This document shows, piece after piece, positions 1-9,773 of a stretch of DNA of 64,000 nt (position 1 is the first letter of the stretch; the number at the start of each line of letters is the position of its first letter). Under the pieces are notes generated by a model. It had not been told where the DNA came from, did not search any database, and was given only the letters and a program-made list of their open reading frames with translations. The stretch lies in UHGV virus genome UHGV-0209617; one strand, given 5' to 3'. The DNA is from a virus. A program made the position numbers and the translations under genes.

Positions 1-267
1 AAGGATATGAACCTGCCTACCAAGGAACTTATGAAGCTGACATTGGAAAAAAGAATAGCTCATGGAGGCCACCCGGTGCTTAGATGGATGATGGATAACA
101 TCTTCATAAAAACGGATCCGGCGGGAAATATAAAGCCGGACAAAGAAAAATCCACAGAGAAGATTGACGGTGTGGTAGCAACCATAATGGCACTGGACCG
201 AGCAATCCGCTGTGGATTGGATGATGATGAAAGCGTGTATGATGAACGTGGGATATTACTGTTGTAA
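1..267 (+). CDS. Phage terminase large subunit, C-terminal end (gene continues upstream of the window)
   Basis: Frame is open from nt 1; the last ~85 aa (KELMKLTLEK...DRAIRCGL...RGILL) closely match the C-terminus of the intact terL at 38563-40170. Confidence 0.7.
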   Translation, partial: KDMNLPTKELMKLTLEKRIAHGGHPVLRWMMDNIFIKTDPAGNIKPDKEKSTEKIDGVVATIMALDRAIRCGLDDDESVYDERGILLL

Positions 268-639
268 GGGTGGCATATCTGAAAGAGAAACCTTAGCATA
301 AGCACCATTCTTTTTATCTTCTGGATGTGGTTCAAGTCCAATCACTGTAATAGCTTTATGGTCAGGTCCATACACCCAATACATACGCATGGCGCGGCTT
401 GTTTTGTTTTCTAAATAAGATTGCCATACTTTCATTCCATATCTTTTTGTAAGATCAGATATTTCATGGGTGTTCAAACTAGGATAAAATTGGTTTTCCG
501 AGAGCAGCTTCATGGTTTTACCCCATTTTTTATAGAGTTGAACGTCTGACTTTGATATTGTGCCTTCAGCATTTGATTTTTTGAGTCTGGTCCATAAAGC
601 AAGTATTTCAGGAATACCCAAGTGAATAGAAAATTTCAT
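256..639 (-). CDS. Putative toxin of a two-gene toxin-antitoxin-like module (RelE/ParE-like C-terminal region; family uncertain)
   Basis: About 127 aa from ATG at 639; C-terminal MRMYWVYGPDHKAITVIGLEPHPE resembles the RelE/ParE-type core; 4-nt gap to the upstream small ORF. Confidence 0.35.
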   Translation of the reverse strand: MKFSIHLGIPEILALWTRLKKSNAEGTISKSDVQLYKKWGKTMKLLSENQFYPSLNTHEISDLTKRYGMKVWQSYLENKTSRAMRMYWVYGPDHKAITVIGLEPHPEDKKNGAYAKVSLSDMPPLQQ

Positions 640-643
640 AATA

Positions 644-889
644 TCAGAACTCCGATAAATCAATTGCTTCAGAAACATTTCCCACAGTTATATTTTTTAC
701 AGCATTATCCATCATTTTTAGGGTATTTGCGGATATTTCTGCAGGAACCACAAGCTCACGAGGTTCAAGAAGAATGAAGCCATTATCATATTCCTTAACA
801 TTGTAGTACTCATGAGAGGCACCTCTTAATGTAAGGCGTTTTTTGGCATCAAGATGTGCATTATAGTTTGTTCTTATAGCAGCTTCCAT
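644..889 (-). CDS. Putative antitoxin partner (small protein directly upstream of the toxin-like ORF)
   Basis: 81-aa ORF, same strand, immediately upstream of 256-639; classic antitoxin-toxin order. Confidence 0.35.
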   Translation of the reverse strand: MEAAIRTNYNAHLDAKKRLTLRGASHEYYNVKEYDNGFILLEPRELVVPAEISANTLKMMDNAVKNITVGNVSEAIDLSEF

Positions 890-985
890 AATTTTTACCT
901 CCGTTCATAATGGTGGGATTTCCCACTGTTGTATATATCTATTTTAAACTAAAAAGAAATTTTTTTCAAGAGTAAAATGTAGAGA

Positions 986-1203
986 AACGAATAGTTCATG
1001 GAGGCCACCCGGTGCTTAGATGGATGATGGATAATATTTTCATAAAAACGGATCCAGCGGGAAATATAAAACCGGACAAAGAAAAATCCACAGAGAAGAT
1101 TAACGGTGTGGTAGCAACCATAATGGCGCTAGACCGTGCAATCCGCTGTGGATTGGATAATAGTGAAAGTGTTTATGATGAGCGTGGAATATTACTTATC
1201 TGA
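986..1203 (+). pseudogene. Duplicated 3' fragment of the terminase large subunit gene (no 5' body)
   Basis: About 216 bp at roughly 90% identity to 52-267; translation MLRWMMDNIFIKTDPAGNIKPDKEKSTEKINGVVATIMALDRAIRCGL matches the terL C-terminus. Confidence 0.7.
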
Positions 1204-1587
1204 AAAAGAATGATGCTCAGATGGGTTCATATAAAGGGTAGCCGTTTTGACACCATATTTCTTTACGGTGCATCGTTCTTTCTGGGAAGTGTATCCAAGT
1301 ACATACTTGAACACATAGCCCATTAAAGCACCCATGCACTGGCTTTCACTAGGAGAAAATTTAAAGTCGGGTGCTGGATTCATGGTTCGTTCATATATCA
1401 GAAGAAGTGATTTTACCGGGGGAATCTCAAGGTCATTGGCAAATACAATGTTTCCCATATGTACTGGATTAGCAATTGTGTTAATACAGAAATTCCACAA
1501 AGCACCAGAATTAACAAAAGGGGTTGCAGTTTTATAGGTAGTAGAGAAATCGGAATTGATTGCTTTTATAATTTCGCTGGTATTCAT
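1192..1587 (-). CDS. Hypothetical protein (131 aa)
   Basis: ORF in the intergenic space between the terL fragment and the portal fragment; no recognisable motif. Confidence 0.4.
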   Translation of the reverse strand: MNTSEIIKAINSDFSTTYKTATPFVNSGALWNFCINTIANPVHMGNIVFANDLEIPPVKSLLLIYERTMNPAPDFKFSPSESQCMGALMGYVFKYVLGYTSQKERCTVKKYGVKTATLYMNPSEHHSFSDK

Positions 1588-1720
1588 ATTAAAACCTCAT
1601 AAAAATATAACAGACAAAATATTGATGGTTTTATTATAAGCGTTTACATTGCCATTGTCAATAGTGAACATACAAAAAAATAATGGTTTAATAAGATTGA
1701 TATAAAGGAGGCATCAGCCT

Positions 1721-2212
1721 ATGAATTTCTTTTCTAAACTGTTCCGTTCAGGGGACAAGCCGACAAATTTTTTATCTACCCATTGGCCGTTCCTTTGGGG
1801 GCAGACCATATCAGGGCGGTCGGTAAATGACAGAACCGCTATGCAGGTTACAGCTGTTTATGCCTGTGTCAGAATTCTGGCAGAAGCTATAGCTGGGTTG
1901 CCGCTTAATGTGTATCAGTACCGCCCAGATGGTAGCAAGGAAAAACTTTACAGCCATCCGCTTTACCATCTTCTGCATGATGAGCCAAATCCTGAAATGA
2001 CCAGCTTCATTTTTAGGGAAACCATGATGAGCCATCTTCTGCTCCATGGTAATGCCTATGCCCAGATTATTCGTAATGGCAGGGGAGAGGTTGTGGCTTT
2101 GTACCCATTGCTTCCAAACAAGATGGATGTGAGCCGGGATAACTCTGGAAGACTTTACTACACCTACACCAGAAATTCTGACGAGCCAAATGGCAGACAG
2201 AATTATGTTTGA
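1721..2212 (+). pseudogene. Truncated phage portal protein gene (N-terminal 163 codons only)
   Basis: MNFFSKLFRSGDKPTNF...MQVTAVYACVRILAEAIAGLPL...HDEPNPEMTSFIFRET aligns with the N-terminus of the 425-aa portal at 40890-42167 and ends prematurely. Confidence 0.75.
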
Positions 2213-2543
2213 ACCACATAATACCAGTGCTATCTTCTCTGAAGTTGTATTAGCACGTTTTGCTTTTGTTTTATGGGTAGCCCCAACAGCAATTAATAGA
2301 GAACTTTTTATACATCCAGTGAGTGAGGCGTTATGCATCTATTTCATATATAGCCAATATTCAAGATAAATATCTACTGCTTCAGCGGCAGATACTTTAG
2401 TTGGTTGTACGGCAATAGAACAGCCAATAAAACTGCAATAGTAAGAAGAAAAATAGTAAAAATTTTTTTCGATGTAATCATCTAAAAAAGTATATTATCT
2501 GTCATTTGGAATACTTATTCATTAGAAGAATGTTTTCAGAAAA

Positions 2544-3044
2544 TCAATCTAGATACTGGCTGAGGTCAGCATAATAAGCTGACTTCCAGAATAATCTTTT
2601 CAGAAATCCGTTGTCCCATTTCACCATGCTTTTGGTAATATTTTCTCCTGTTTTTTGAAGAACAACGCTGTCAAGCATTATTATCCTTGTATTATTCATG
2701 CTTAATGTGCGGAATTTGTAAATTGCAGGAGTTACCTTGGCGGGAGAACCATCAGGGTTGGCACCACCGCCAGTGTTATATACCAAGCAACCGACTATTG
2801 CATAATCGCCATCAATGTAGTAATTGCAACTGGATGGATCAATATAATATGCACTTGATTCGCTGGCTCCTACCATTGGGTACTTACCATAAAGCATACG
2901 ATCGGGGTGTTCTTCCTCATTCATAGGGATAATTCCCCAAGGCTTCAGTAAATCGTGGTTTGAATTGGTGATGTTGTAAGAAGCAAAGCATACATTTGCT
3001 ACAAGGGATAGCATTAACATAGTGATAAATAAGATTTTTTTCAT
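2544..3044 (-). CDS. Secreted hypothetical protein (N-terminal signal peptide)
   Basis: ATG at 3044 gives MKKILFITMLMLSLVANVCFA..., a signal-peptide-like N-terminus; SD-like GAGGAGA upstream on the minus strand. Confidence 0.6.
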   Translation of the reverse strand: MKKILFITMLMLSLVANVCFASYNITNSNHDLLKPWGIIPMNEEEHPDRMLYGKYPMVGASESSAYYIDPSSCNYYIDGDYAIVGCLVYNTGGGANPDGSPAKVTPAIYKFRTLSMNNTRIIMLDSVVLQKTGENITKSMVKWDNGFLKRLFWKSAYYADLSQYLD

Positions 3045-3780
3045 ATCAGTATTATCTCCTCTCATATAATGGTTATTTGTGGTTATAGTAACACAACATA
3101 TTACTGTTTTCACTTTATAGGAAAGTTCTAGATTCTTTATCGTGATAAAGGCTCTAGAATAATAAAATATGACACAGCAAACAGAAGAATTAGTCAAATA
3201 ATTCTTCAAAAGGATCATCTTCGTTTAAAAAGTAGTCCATGTCTAGAATATCTTCATCTGTCATTTGTTGAATTTCTTTTTTGCTGAAGCCCTCTGGTAG
3301 ACGTTTTAGGTATTTTTTCGTATTTCTGCTACATTTTTTGGATTCATTTTATCCCTCCTCACTATTATATATTAACAAGTGGGGAGGGATTTTTCCAGTT
3401 AGAATTAAATCCTCTCTTTTCTTTGAGATAAAATTCAACAAATGGAATATTGTGATGTTCGTGGTATAGGGCGATCATCTTCATTGATGTACGGCAGTGG
3501 GGACAAGATAGTGGATCATAGCCAAATGATACCATTATTCGACAACGCCATGATTCTAGAGATCGCATATAGTTTTGCTGTTCTGGAAAATTTAAAAGAG
3601 TAGTATATAAAGGTGGTATGTAATTATGAACAGGGAAGAAATAAAAAAGGCAGCTGGGAAAGATATTGGGTGCCTTATTTTTTTGCAGGAGATTTGGGAT
3701 TTATGTAGAATAATTAAGATAGGATAGTAGATACATAGGTAAATAAAACTAAGGCTATAGGTATGGGAGGAAATGAGAAT

Positions 3781-4326
3781 ATGTATAAAAGAATATTCAT
3801 AATGATTATCGTGTTGCAGGCACTTTTTATAGGGGTATGCTCTGCCAATTCGGGCAGATTAGCAGACATTGGAGCAGAAGTATTTAAAGAAAGAATAGCT
3901 GCAGTCTCATCTTGTCGAGTGACGGAATTTGTCATTAGTACCCCAACAGGTGTTATAGCAAATTCGCGTCCAGAAACAACGGAGTATGAGTTCCGCATTT
4001 TCAATACCTCAGACAATATGGTACTTTTTGATGTATATGTGAATCAAGAAGGGTATATTGACAGTATAGTAATAAGTGGCCCATTCGCTAATCAAACAAA
4101 TCGTAAATTTTTATCCGATCTTGTAGTTAAATCAATGCTTGTTATTGGCTTGAGTTATGATGAGATGAGGTGGTTAGTTAACAATGGTAGTAATCAAAGT
4201 AGGCTATACGAAGGTAGGGTATATTCTGAAAAATTACTTAGGGATGTTTATTACTCTTTATGCATAGAATCAAACGGTTTTTGTATAAATACCATAGACA
4301 AAGTGTCGTTTAAAGATAGGTTGTAA
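3781..4326 (+). CDS. Secreted protein, paralog family member 1 (unknown function)
   Basis: MYKRIFIMIIVLQALFIGVCSANSGRLADIGAEVF signal-peptide-like N-terminus; conserved VYVNQEGYIDSI and GRDVYY motifs shared with 7393-7959 and 8061-8633; GGGAGG upstream. Confidence 0.7.
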   Translation: MYKRIFIMIIVLQALFIGVCSANSGRLADIGAEVFKERIAAVSSCRVTEFVISTPTGVIANSRPETTEYEFRIFNTSDNMVLFDVYVNQEGYIDSIVISGPFANQTNRKFLSDLVVKSMLVIGLSYDEMRWLVNNGSNQSRLYEGRVYSEKLLRDVYYSLCIESNGFCINTIDKVSFKDRL

Positions 4327-4441
4327 TAAGGAGAGATGTTTTTAAGATAATAAGCTAGTAGGATGTGTAGAATACTATAAAATAGGTTAACGGATACATC
4401 GGTAAATAAAATTAAGGTTATATGTATGGTGGCCAGATGAT

Positions 4442-4740
4442 ATGATAAAAAGAGTATTTTTTACGTTTATCGTGCTGCAGATATTTTTATAGGTCCGTGC
4501 TATGCAAGTTCAGACAGATTAGCAGATATTGGAGCGGAGTTATTTAAAGAAAGAATTGTAGAAGATATACCTTTCAAGGTTGCAGATTTCAAAATAACAA
4601 ATGAAGCGACCGTTGCTAGAGAACAGCCACATATGGCTGGTGACTCTAAATACGAATTTATGGCAGTGCAGAATCAAAATGTAATGCTTATGATTGATGT
4701 TTATGTGAACCGAGAAGGTTACATAGATAGTATTATTAAC
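4442..4740 (+). pseudogene. Frameshifted and 3'-truncated copy of the secreted paralog family (closest to 8061-8633)
   Basis: Near-identical DNA to the 5' part of 8061-8633 but with one T missing in a T-run (5 T vs 6 T), giving a stop after 16 codons; homology ends near 4740 where the 536-aa ORF begins. Confidence 0.7.
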
Positions 4741-4754
4741 TGTGGGGAAAATAT

Positions 4755-6365
4755 ATGGATGAGAAGAATTTTATCAGATATGGGGAGAAAGCTATAGAAT
4801 ACCTACATATGGGAGATGAACAAGGTTTTTTTGAGGCCTTGGGGGTTATTAAACATGTTGGAAATAAAGACTACGCTAATATGCTAACATCACTCTATTT
4901 TTATAAGAAAAAGCAGTTTAGAAAATGTATGGACTGTTTAGAAAAAATAGCAGAATGCAAAAACGATAATTTGAAGGAGATGTTAACGGTATGGTATTGG
5001 GATTTTAAAATATGTTGTTTGGCAGAGCAAAAAAAGTTTTCTGAAATATCGAGTATTTTTTGTGAAGATAAAGGACTGTTTAGCGAAGATGATGAGATCA
5101 TAATGCAATATTCAAGCTACGTATATGCTAGATATCTTGCAATAAAAAGTGGATTTCAAAAAGATAAAAACACTGTATATTATCCTGGAATTTTGGGTAA
5201 GAATGTTATTCGTACAGAAGATCAGTTTATGTCTGTTATTTACAGAGAATTAGGTCGAGATTTACTAGATATACATTTAAATTATCATGCTCTTTTACAA
5301 TTGAAGAAGGCAAATGTTGAAAAGAACATTTGTAGGGAAATGAAGGAAAAATTGTTAGTCAAGGTACAATATATCTGTGATTTAGGTGACCAGAAATATT
5401 ATGCATTAACACCGCAAGTTGTTAAATACATGGAGTATATTACAAATATCATTACCAATGAAAAAAATTTAAATGAGGATAAACTTAATGATTTGATTAT
5501 TTCTTTATTTTCAGACGAAATTTTAATCCAAGATATAGACAATTGGTTATTTATGGTTGATTTATTTTCTGTAACGGCAGATAATGAAAAATTTATTAAT
5601 TTCTTTAGATGTTATGATCAATTTATACTTAAATGTCTAAGTAGAGATAATGAGATCGTAGCAAAAAAATTAATATGGATGTGTAATGACGAGAGATTTT
5701 CCTCATTAAAATATGAACATACAACCTTTAAAGATTATTGGGAACATAAGATTGAGCTGTATATGCCTGGGTTTATTGCAAATAGTAGAGTTTATTCATG
5801 TGATAAATATATTCTTGATAATTTATCAGAAAAGAGTAAATGGGCATATGAAGCAGCAATATGGCAGTATGAAAATGTTATGGAATATGGCAGTGAATAT
5901 ATGGATGCTGGTTTGTTGAGTCTAGCGTTTATGAGAGTGCTAGAAACAGAATTGAATGCTAGAGTAATAGCGCCTTTATCAAAAGCTATAAGTGAAGATA
6001 CAAAGGGAAAAGCTTTACTAGACAAATTATTAGTTGGGGCTAATAGTTACCATTATAAGTTTTTGAAAAAAACGAATAAGGGAGCTACATTAGGTCAAAT
6101 CGGGCATTTTCTTGAGGGAATTCGGAAAAAAAGTATCGCAGAATATTCCTGTTTTTATAATATTTTATGTAATAGCTTATTGAGTATTTCTGGAAAAGAG
6201 GCCATAGATGCAGGGATATTCGAAGAAATGACTAGCCAAAAACTAATTGATAAGTATAGAAATCCACCTGCACATTCTAAATATCTTCAAAAGTCAGAAG
6301 CAGTAAAGGGAAAACTATTTGTAGAAGATAGTTTGAGAAAACTATTTACATATATTAACCGATAA
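4755..6365 (+). CDS. Hypothetical protein, 536 aa, unknown function, no signal peptide
   Basis: Long uninterrupted AT-rich ORF beginning where the paralog pseudogene homology stops; no P-loop, nuclease or other recognisable motif. Confidence 0.65.
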   Translation: MDEKNFIRYGEKAIEYLHMGDEQGFFEALGVIKHVGNKDYANMLTSLYFYKKKQFRKCMDCLEKIAECKNDNLKEMLTVWYWDFKICCLAEQKKFSEISSIFCEDKGLFSEDDEIIMQYSSYVYARYLAIKSGFQKDKNTVYYPGILGKNVIRTEDQFMSVIYRELGRDLLDIHLNYHALLQLKKANVEKNICREMKEKLLVKVQYICDLGDQKYYALTPQVVKYMEYITNIITNEKNLNEDKLNDLIISLFSDEILIQDIDNWLFMVDLFSVTADNEKFINFFRCYDQFILKCLSRDNEIVAKKLIWMCNDERFSSLKYEHTTFKDYWEHKIELYMPGFIANSRVYSCDKYILDNLSEKSKWAYEAAIWQYENVMEYGSEYMDAGLLSLAFMRVLETELNARVIAPLSKAISEDTKGKALLDKLLVGANSYHYKFLKKTNKGATLGQIGHFLEGIRKKSIAEYSCFYNILCNSLLSISGKEAIDAGIFEEMTSQKLIDKYRNPPAHSKYLQKSEAVKGKLFVEDSLRKLFTYINR

Positions 6366-6519
6366 TGTATTTTTGTTATTCATATCAAAAATAAGAAAAC
6401 ATAGATAATATTTACAGAATATATAGTTTATTAAATGAACTATATAATACGACGCAATTAAAATATGTACTGGGTTGATTAACAATTTTATTTCAAAGTG
6501 ATGATAGGAGTGTTTAAAG

Positions 6520-7197
6520 TTGAGGAGAATATTTTCATATTTTTTAGCATTAATAATCATGTTATCGGCTACCACAGGAATGGCTGCTGATGACAGATGG
6601 GTATGTATAGAAGATGATGGTATAGGTCAATTCTATTTAGATTCCAAGACAACGTCATATGATTCAGCAGCAAATACAGTAAAGTTCTGGGTTAAATACG
6701 AAGAGAATTCCAAAATCGTAAATATGGATTACTATTTGGTGGATATCAGTAACACAAAATATGGTATTATGCGTTCAGCATTTTATCAAAATAAAACATA
6801 TCCGGAGATAAAGAATTATGAAAATGTGGTACCGCAAAATCCGATTTGGCCAGATGATATTATAGAGAAGGCAGCTAACATGGTATGTGATAATAACAAC
6901 GCTAAGCATATGTATCCTAGTGGTGTCGACAGGTGGCATTGGCTGTATTCCACTGAGCAGTGCACATACAATTATGCTCCTGGTATGGTAGTTGTAGATA
7001 AAGAAAAACGCACAGTGACAGTGTGGACGCAATCTGTATACCCGGAGCATGGAATTGGTGGTGTAACACGGTGGGTATGTTATTTTAATGAAAATATGGT
7101 GGAGCACACTAATAGCAGAGGTGTATATAAGCAGTATGTCTTGCCAGATACATTAGAGGAAGCTGTCTGGGAAAAAGCTGAGCCATATATGAAGTAA
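6520..7197 (+). CDS. Secreted hypothetical protein (TTG start, signal peptide)
   Basis: TTG preceded by AGGAG at 9-nt spacing; N-terminus RRIFSYFLALIIMLSATTGMAADD is signal-peptide-like. Confidence 0.55.
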   Translation: MRRIFSYFLALIIMLSATTGMAADDRWVCIEDDGIGQFYLDSKTTSYDSAANTVKFWVKYEENSKIVNMDYYLVDISNTKYGIMRSAFYQNKTYPEIKNYENVVPQNPIWPDDIIEKAANMVCDNNNAKHMYPSGVDRWHWLYSTEQCTYNYAPGMVVVDKEKRTVTVWTQSVYPEHGIGGVTRWVCYFNENMVEHTNSRGVYKQYVLPDTLEEAVWEKAEPYMK

Positions 7198-7392
7198 ATT
7201 ATTTATTTCATATATGGCCTATAGGTTAGAATTAAGGTCTAACTTTTTGAGGTTGGTACAACATAGGGGGAAATCTTTGCTGTCTTATTTTTTGTGCATG
7301 AAATTAGGAATTTATGTGGAATACTATAAAATATGTCAATAGATACATCAGTAAATAAGACTAAGGTTATAAGTATGGGAGGGGACCATAAT

Positions 7393-7959
7393 ATGCTTAA
7401 AAGAATATTCATAATGATTATCGTGTTGCAGGCATTTTTTATAGGGGTATGCTCTGCCAATTCGGGCAGATTAGCAGATATTGGAGCAGAAGTATTTAGA
7501 GGAAAAATGGTGGAGAGTACGAATTCTTTTGTGAGTGGATTAGAAATTAAAAAGCTATCAGGAGGAATGGCAAAGCTATATCCAGGAACAACATTATATA
7601 CATTTTTTATGTTTGATAATTTGAATACAGATAAAGTTGTCAGTGTTTCGGTATTTGTAAATCAAGAAGGTTATATTGATGCTATAGGCGTAGCTGGCTC
7701 AGGAGCAAGTGAAAGCAGTAGAGCGTTTTCGACAAATATTGTGGAAGAGTCTATGAGGGCTATTGGTTTAAGTAATGATGACATTAACTGCTTGACAACT
7801 AAAGGTATACAAGGGAAAAAATATCAAGGGGTAGTTTTTTCTGAAAATATGGGTAGAGACGTTTATTATACATTTTGGATGGGACCTAATGCTGTCCATT
7901 CAAGTATTATAGATAGAATGTCTTATACGAATAGGGGTAATTTGTTTAGAGCAAGTTAG
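7393..7959 (+). CDS. Secreted protein, paralog family member 2
   Basis: MLKRIFIMIIVLQAFFIGVCSANSGRLADIGAEVF...FVNQEGYIDAI...GRDVYY; conserved ~70-nt upstream leader shared with the copy at 3781. Confidence 0.7.
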   Translation: MLKRIFIMIIVLQAFFIGVCSANSGRLADIGAEVFRGKMVESTNSFVSGLEIKKLSGGMAKLYPGTTLYTFFMFDNLNTDKVVSVSVFVNQEGYIDAIGVAGSGASESSRAFSTNIVEESMRAIGLSNDDINCLTTKGIQGKKYQGVVFSENMGRDVYYTFWMGPNAVHSSIIDRMSYTNRGNLFRAS

Positions 7960-8060
7960 TAAAATATACACAAAATGTATGTCACGGCTATGTATAGCTT
8001 AAGGGAGATAGGTATAAAGAAATAAATTTTTGAGTATATTTATGTAAAGGGGAAGATGAT

Positions 8061-8633
8061 ATGATAAAAAGAATATTTTTTACGTTTATCGTGCTGCAGA
8101 TATTTTTTATAGGGCCATGCTATGCAAGTTCAGACAGATTAGCAGATATTGGAGCGGAGTTATTTAAAGAAAGAATTGTAGAAGATATACCTTTTGAGGT
8201 TACAGATTTCAAAATAGCAAATGAAGCGTCCGTTGCTAGAGAACAGCCACATATGGCTTGTGACTCTAAATACGAATTTATGGCAGTGCAGAATCAAAAT
8301 GTAATGCTTATGATTGATGTTTATGTAAACCGAGAAGGTTACATAGATAGTATTATTATATGTGGGCCATCCGTCGAAAAAAGAAATAGCAAGTTTTTAA
8401 CACTCGTATTAGCAGAGTCTATGAAGGCTATAGGATTAAATATGGATGAGATAATGTGGTTATGTTCTAAAGGTTCAATATCAGGAAATACATATGAGGG
8501 GAGTGTTTTTTCTACAGGAATGGGAAGAACTGTCTATTATAGTATGAGTTTAACATCGGATGGCTTTGGTATTAATAGAATCGATAGAATGTCTTTAACA
8601 GATAGGTTTACAAGATCAATGTTAGCTAACTAA
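8061..8633 (+). CDS. Secreted protein, paralog family member 3
   Basis: MIKRIFFTFIVLQIFFIGPCYASSDRLADIGAELF...VYVNREGYIDSI...GRTVYY; SD-like AAAGGGGAAG upstream. Confidence 0.7.
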   Translation: MIKRIFFTFIVLQIFFIGPCYASSDRLADIGAELFKERIVEDIPFEVTDFKIANEASVAREQPHMACDSKYEFMAVQNQNVMLMIDVYVNREGYIDSIIICGPSVEKRNSKFLTLVLAESMKAIGLNMDEIMWLCSKGSISGNTYEGSVFSTGMGRTVYYSMSLTSDGFGINRIDRMSLTDRFTRSMLAN

Positions 8634-8702
8634 GTTTAGATGATTGGCCTTTGGTTTGTGTTTTAGGTTGTTTACTAATAATTTTGCGTGTTAAATGGCA
8701 AT

Positions 8703-8736
8703 AAGGCAGCAGGGAAAATATCCTTGCTGCTTTATT
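8703..8736 (+). terminator. Rho-independent terminator candidate after paralog 3
   Basis: Imperfect hairpin GGCAGCAGGG / CCTTGCTGC followed by a T-rich run. Confidence 0.45.
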
Positions 8737-8988
8737 GTAGACAATTAAACAGAATGGCTAAGGAAAATAGATATTAATTCATTTTTACAGAACGTATGTA
8801 GATATGAGAGGTAGGCAGAAATGAACTTTCTTTTTTATGGGAAATTTGGGATAAATTTGTGTGATTTGCTCCAGTATTTTTCATTTTCATACTTTTTCAA
8901 AGCTTATTATGGTACAATATTATAAATAGATAATGCCTTAACTTATACTTTGAAGTGTTAATTGCTAGCTGAAATGGGTGTGATATAA

Positions 8989-9231
8989 ATGAGCGTTGTA
9001 GTAAAAAAAATAGGTGATATGTCTGTAAAAGTAATCAGTGCAGACGATATTGCTTCAATCCGCCGGGAAATAAGTAGTAGAGATATGGAAATGGATAAAA
9101 GAGCTGTTGTAGCCGTAAATTCAGCTATAAATAGGGCGCAGGTATGTAATAAGCCTATAGCTAAATATGATTTGGCAAGTGGAAGGGCATATTTAGAATA
9201 TGCTGATGGGAGTAGGGATTATGTCAACTAA
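8989..9231 (+). CDS. Hypothetical small protein (80 aa) overlapping the start of the zeta-like kinase pseudogene
   Basis: ORF with an extended -10-like TGgTACAAT upstream; its 3' end overlaps the ATG at 9221 by 11 nt. Confidence 0.5.
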   Translation: MSVVVKKIGDMSVKVISADDIASIRREISSRDMEMDKRAVVAVNSAINRAQVCNKPIAKYDLASGRAYLEYADGSRDYVN

Positions 9232-9773
9232 GAAGCAGATGATATTGGTGTTAGTTGGTTCCAATGGCTCTGGAAAAAGTACTATTACCAAATTCTTTGA
9301 TGTTGTTGGCGAATATACTAATGCTGATGATATTGTAGCAGCCACTGGAATGGATAATCTTGCTGCAGCACGAATGGCTGATGAAAAATGTATTCTGCTA
9401 TAAAAGAAAAACGGGATTTTACCTTTGAAACGGTACTATCTTCAGAGTATAAGTTTGATATATTAAATAAGGCTAAAGCAGAGGGTATTTTATTAAGTGT
9501 GTATTTGTATTGACCGTGAATCCCTACATAAATGTAGCTAGAGTGCAGATGCGTGTAGCTAATGGTGGTCATTTTGTGGAAAAAGATAAGATTTTATCAA
9601 GATACTATAAATCATTGACAAATATAAAGAAACTGTTAGAAATATGTGATATTATGCATGTTTATGATAATACCGTTACCCCAACGCGTATCATACGAAA
9701 GCATAAGGATGATATTTCTACTTTTGCTAGTGAAATATGGAGCGAAGAGCAGATTCTAAAACTTATGTATTAA
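9221..9773 (+). pseudogene. Zeta-toxin-like P-loop kinase gene disrupted by at least two frame changes
   Basis: Walker A LVGSNGSGKST in the first segment, ...RDFTFETVLSSEYKFDILNKAKAEGILLSVYLY in a second frame, ...RVQMRVANGGHFVEKDKILSRYY in a third; stops at 9403 and about 9511. Confidence 0.55.

Larger units (their letters stand above)
1..2212. mobile_element. Decayed prophage remnant: terminase-large 3' end, inserted TA-like pair, duplicated terminase 3' fragment, truncated portal gene
   Basis: Translated fragments align to the intact terL (38563-40170) and portal (40890-42167) further along the window; the portal copy stops after 163 codons. Confidence 0.65.

Noticed and set aside
3365-3568. 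67-aa minus-strand ORF with a CPHC motif, considered as a transposase or IS remnant
   Set aside because: No flanking inverted repeats, no further similarity in adjacent frames, and the motif alone is too weak; left unannotated
3700-8100. Repeated upstream leaders and repeated promoters considered as a CRISPR-like array
   Set aside because: Repeats are few, long, imperfect and each attached to a gene; there are no short regular repeats separated by unique spacers anywhere in the window
9200-9403. 67-aa ORF with a Walker A motif as a stand-alone small ATPase
   Set aside because: It is the first segment of a larger kinase gene whose remainder continues in two other frames, so it is reported as part of a pseudogene
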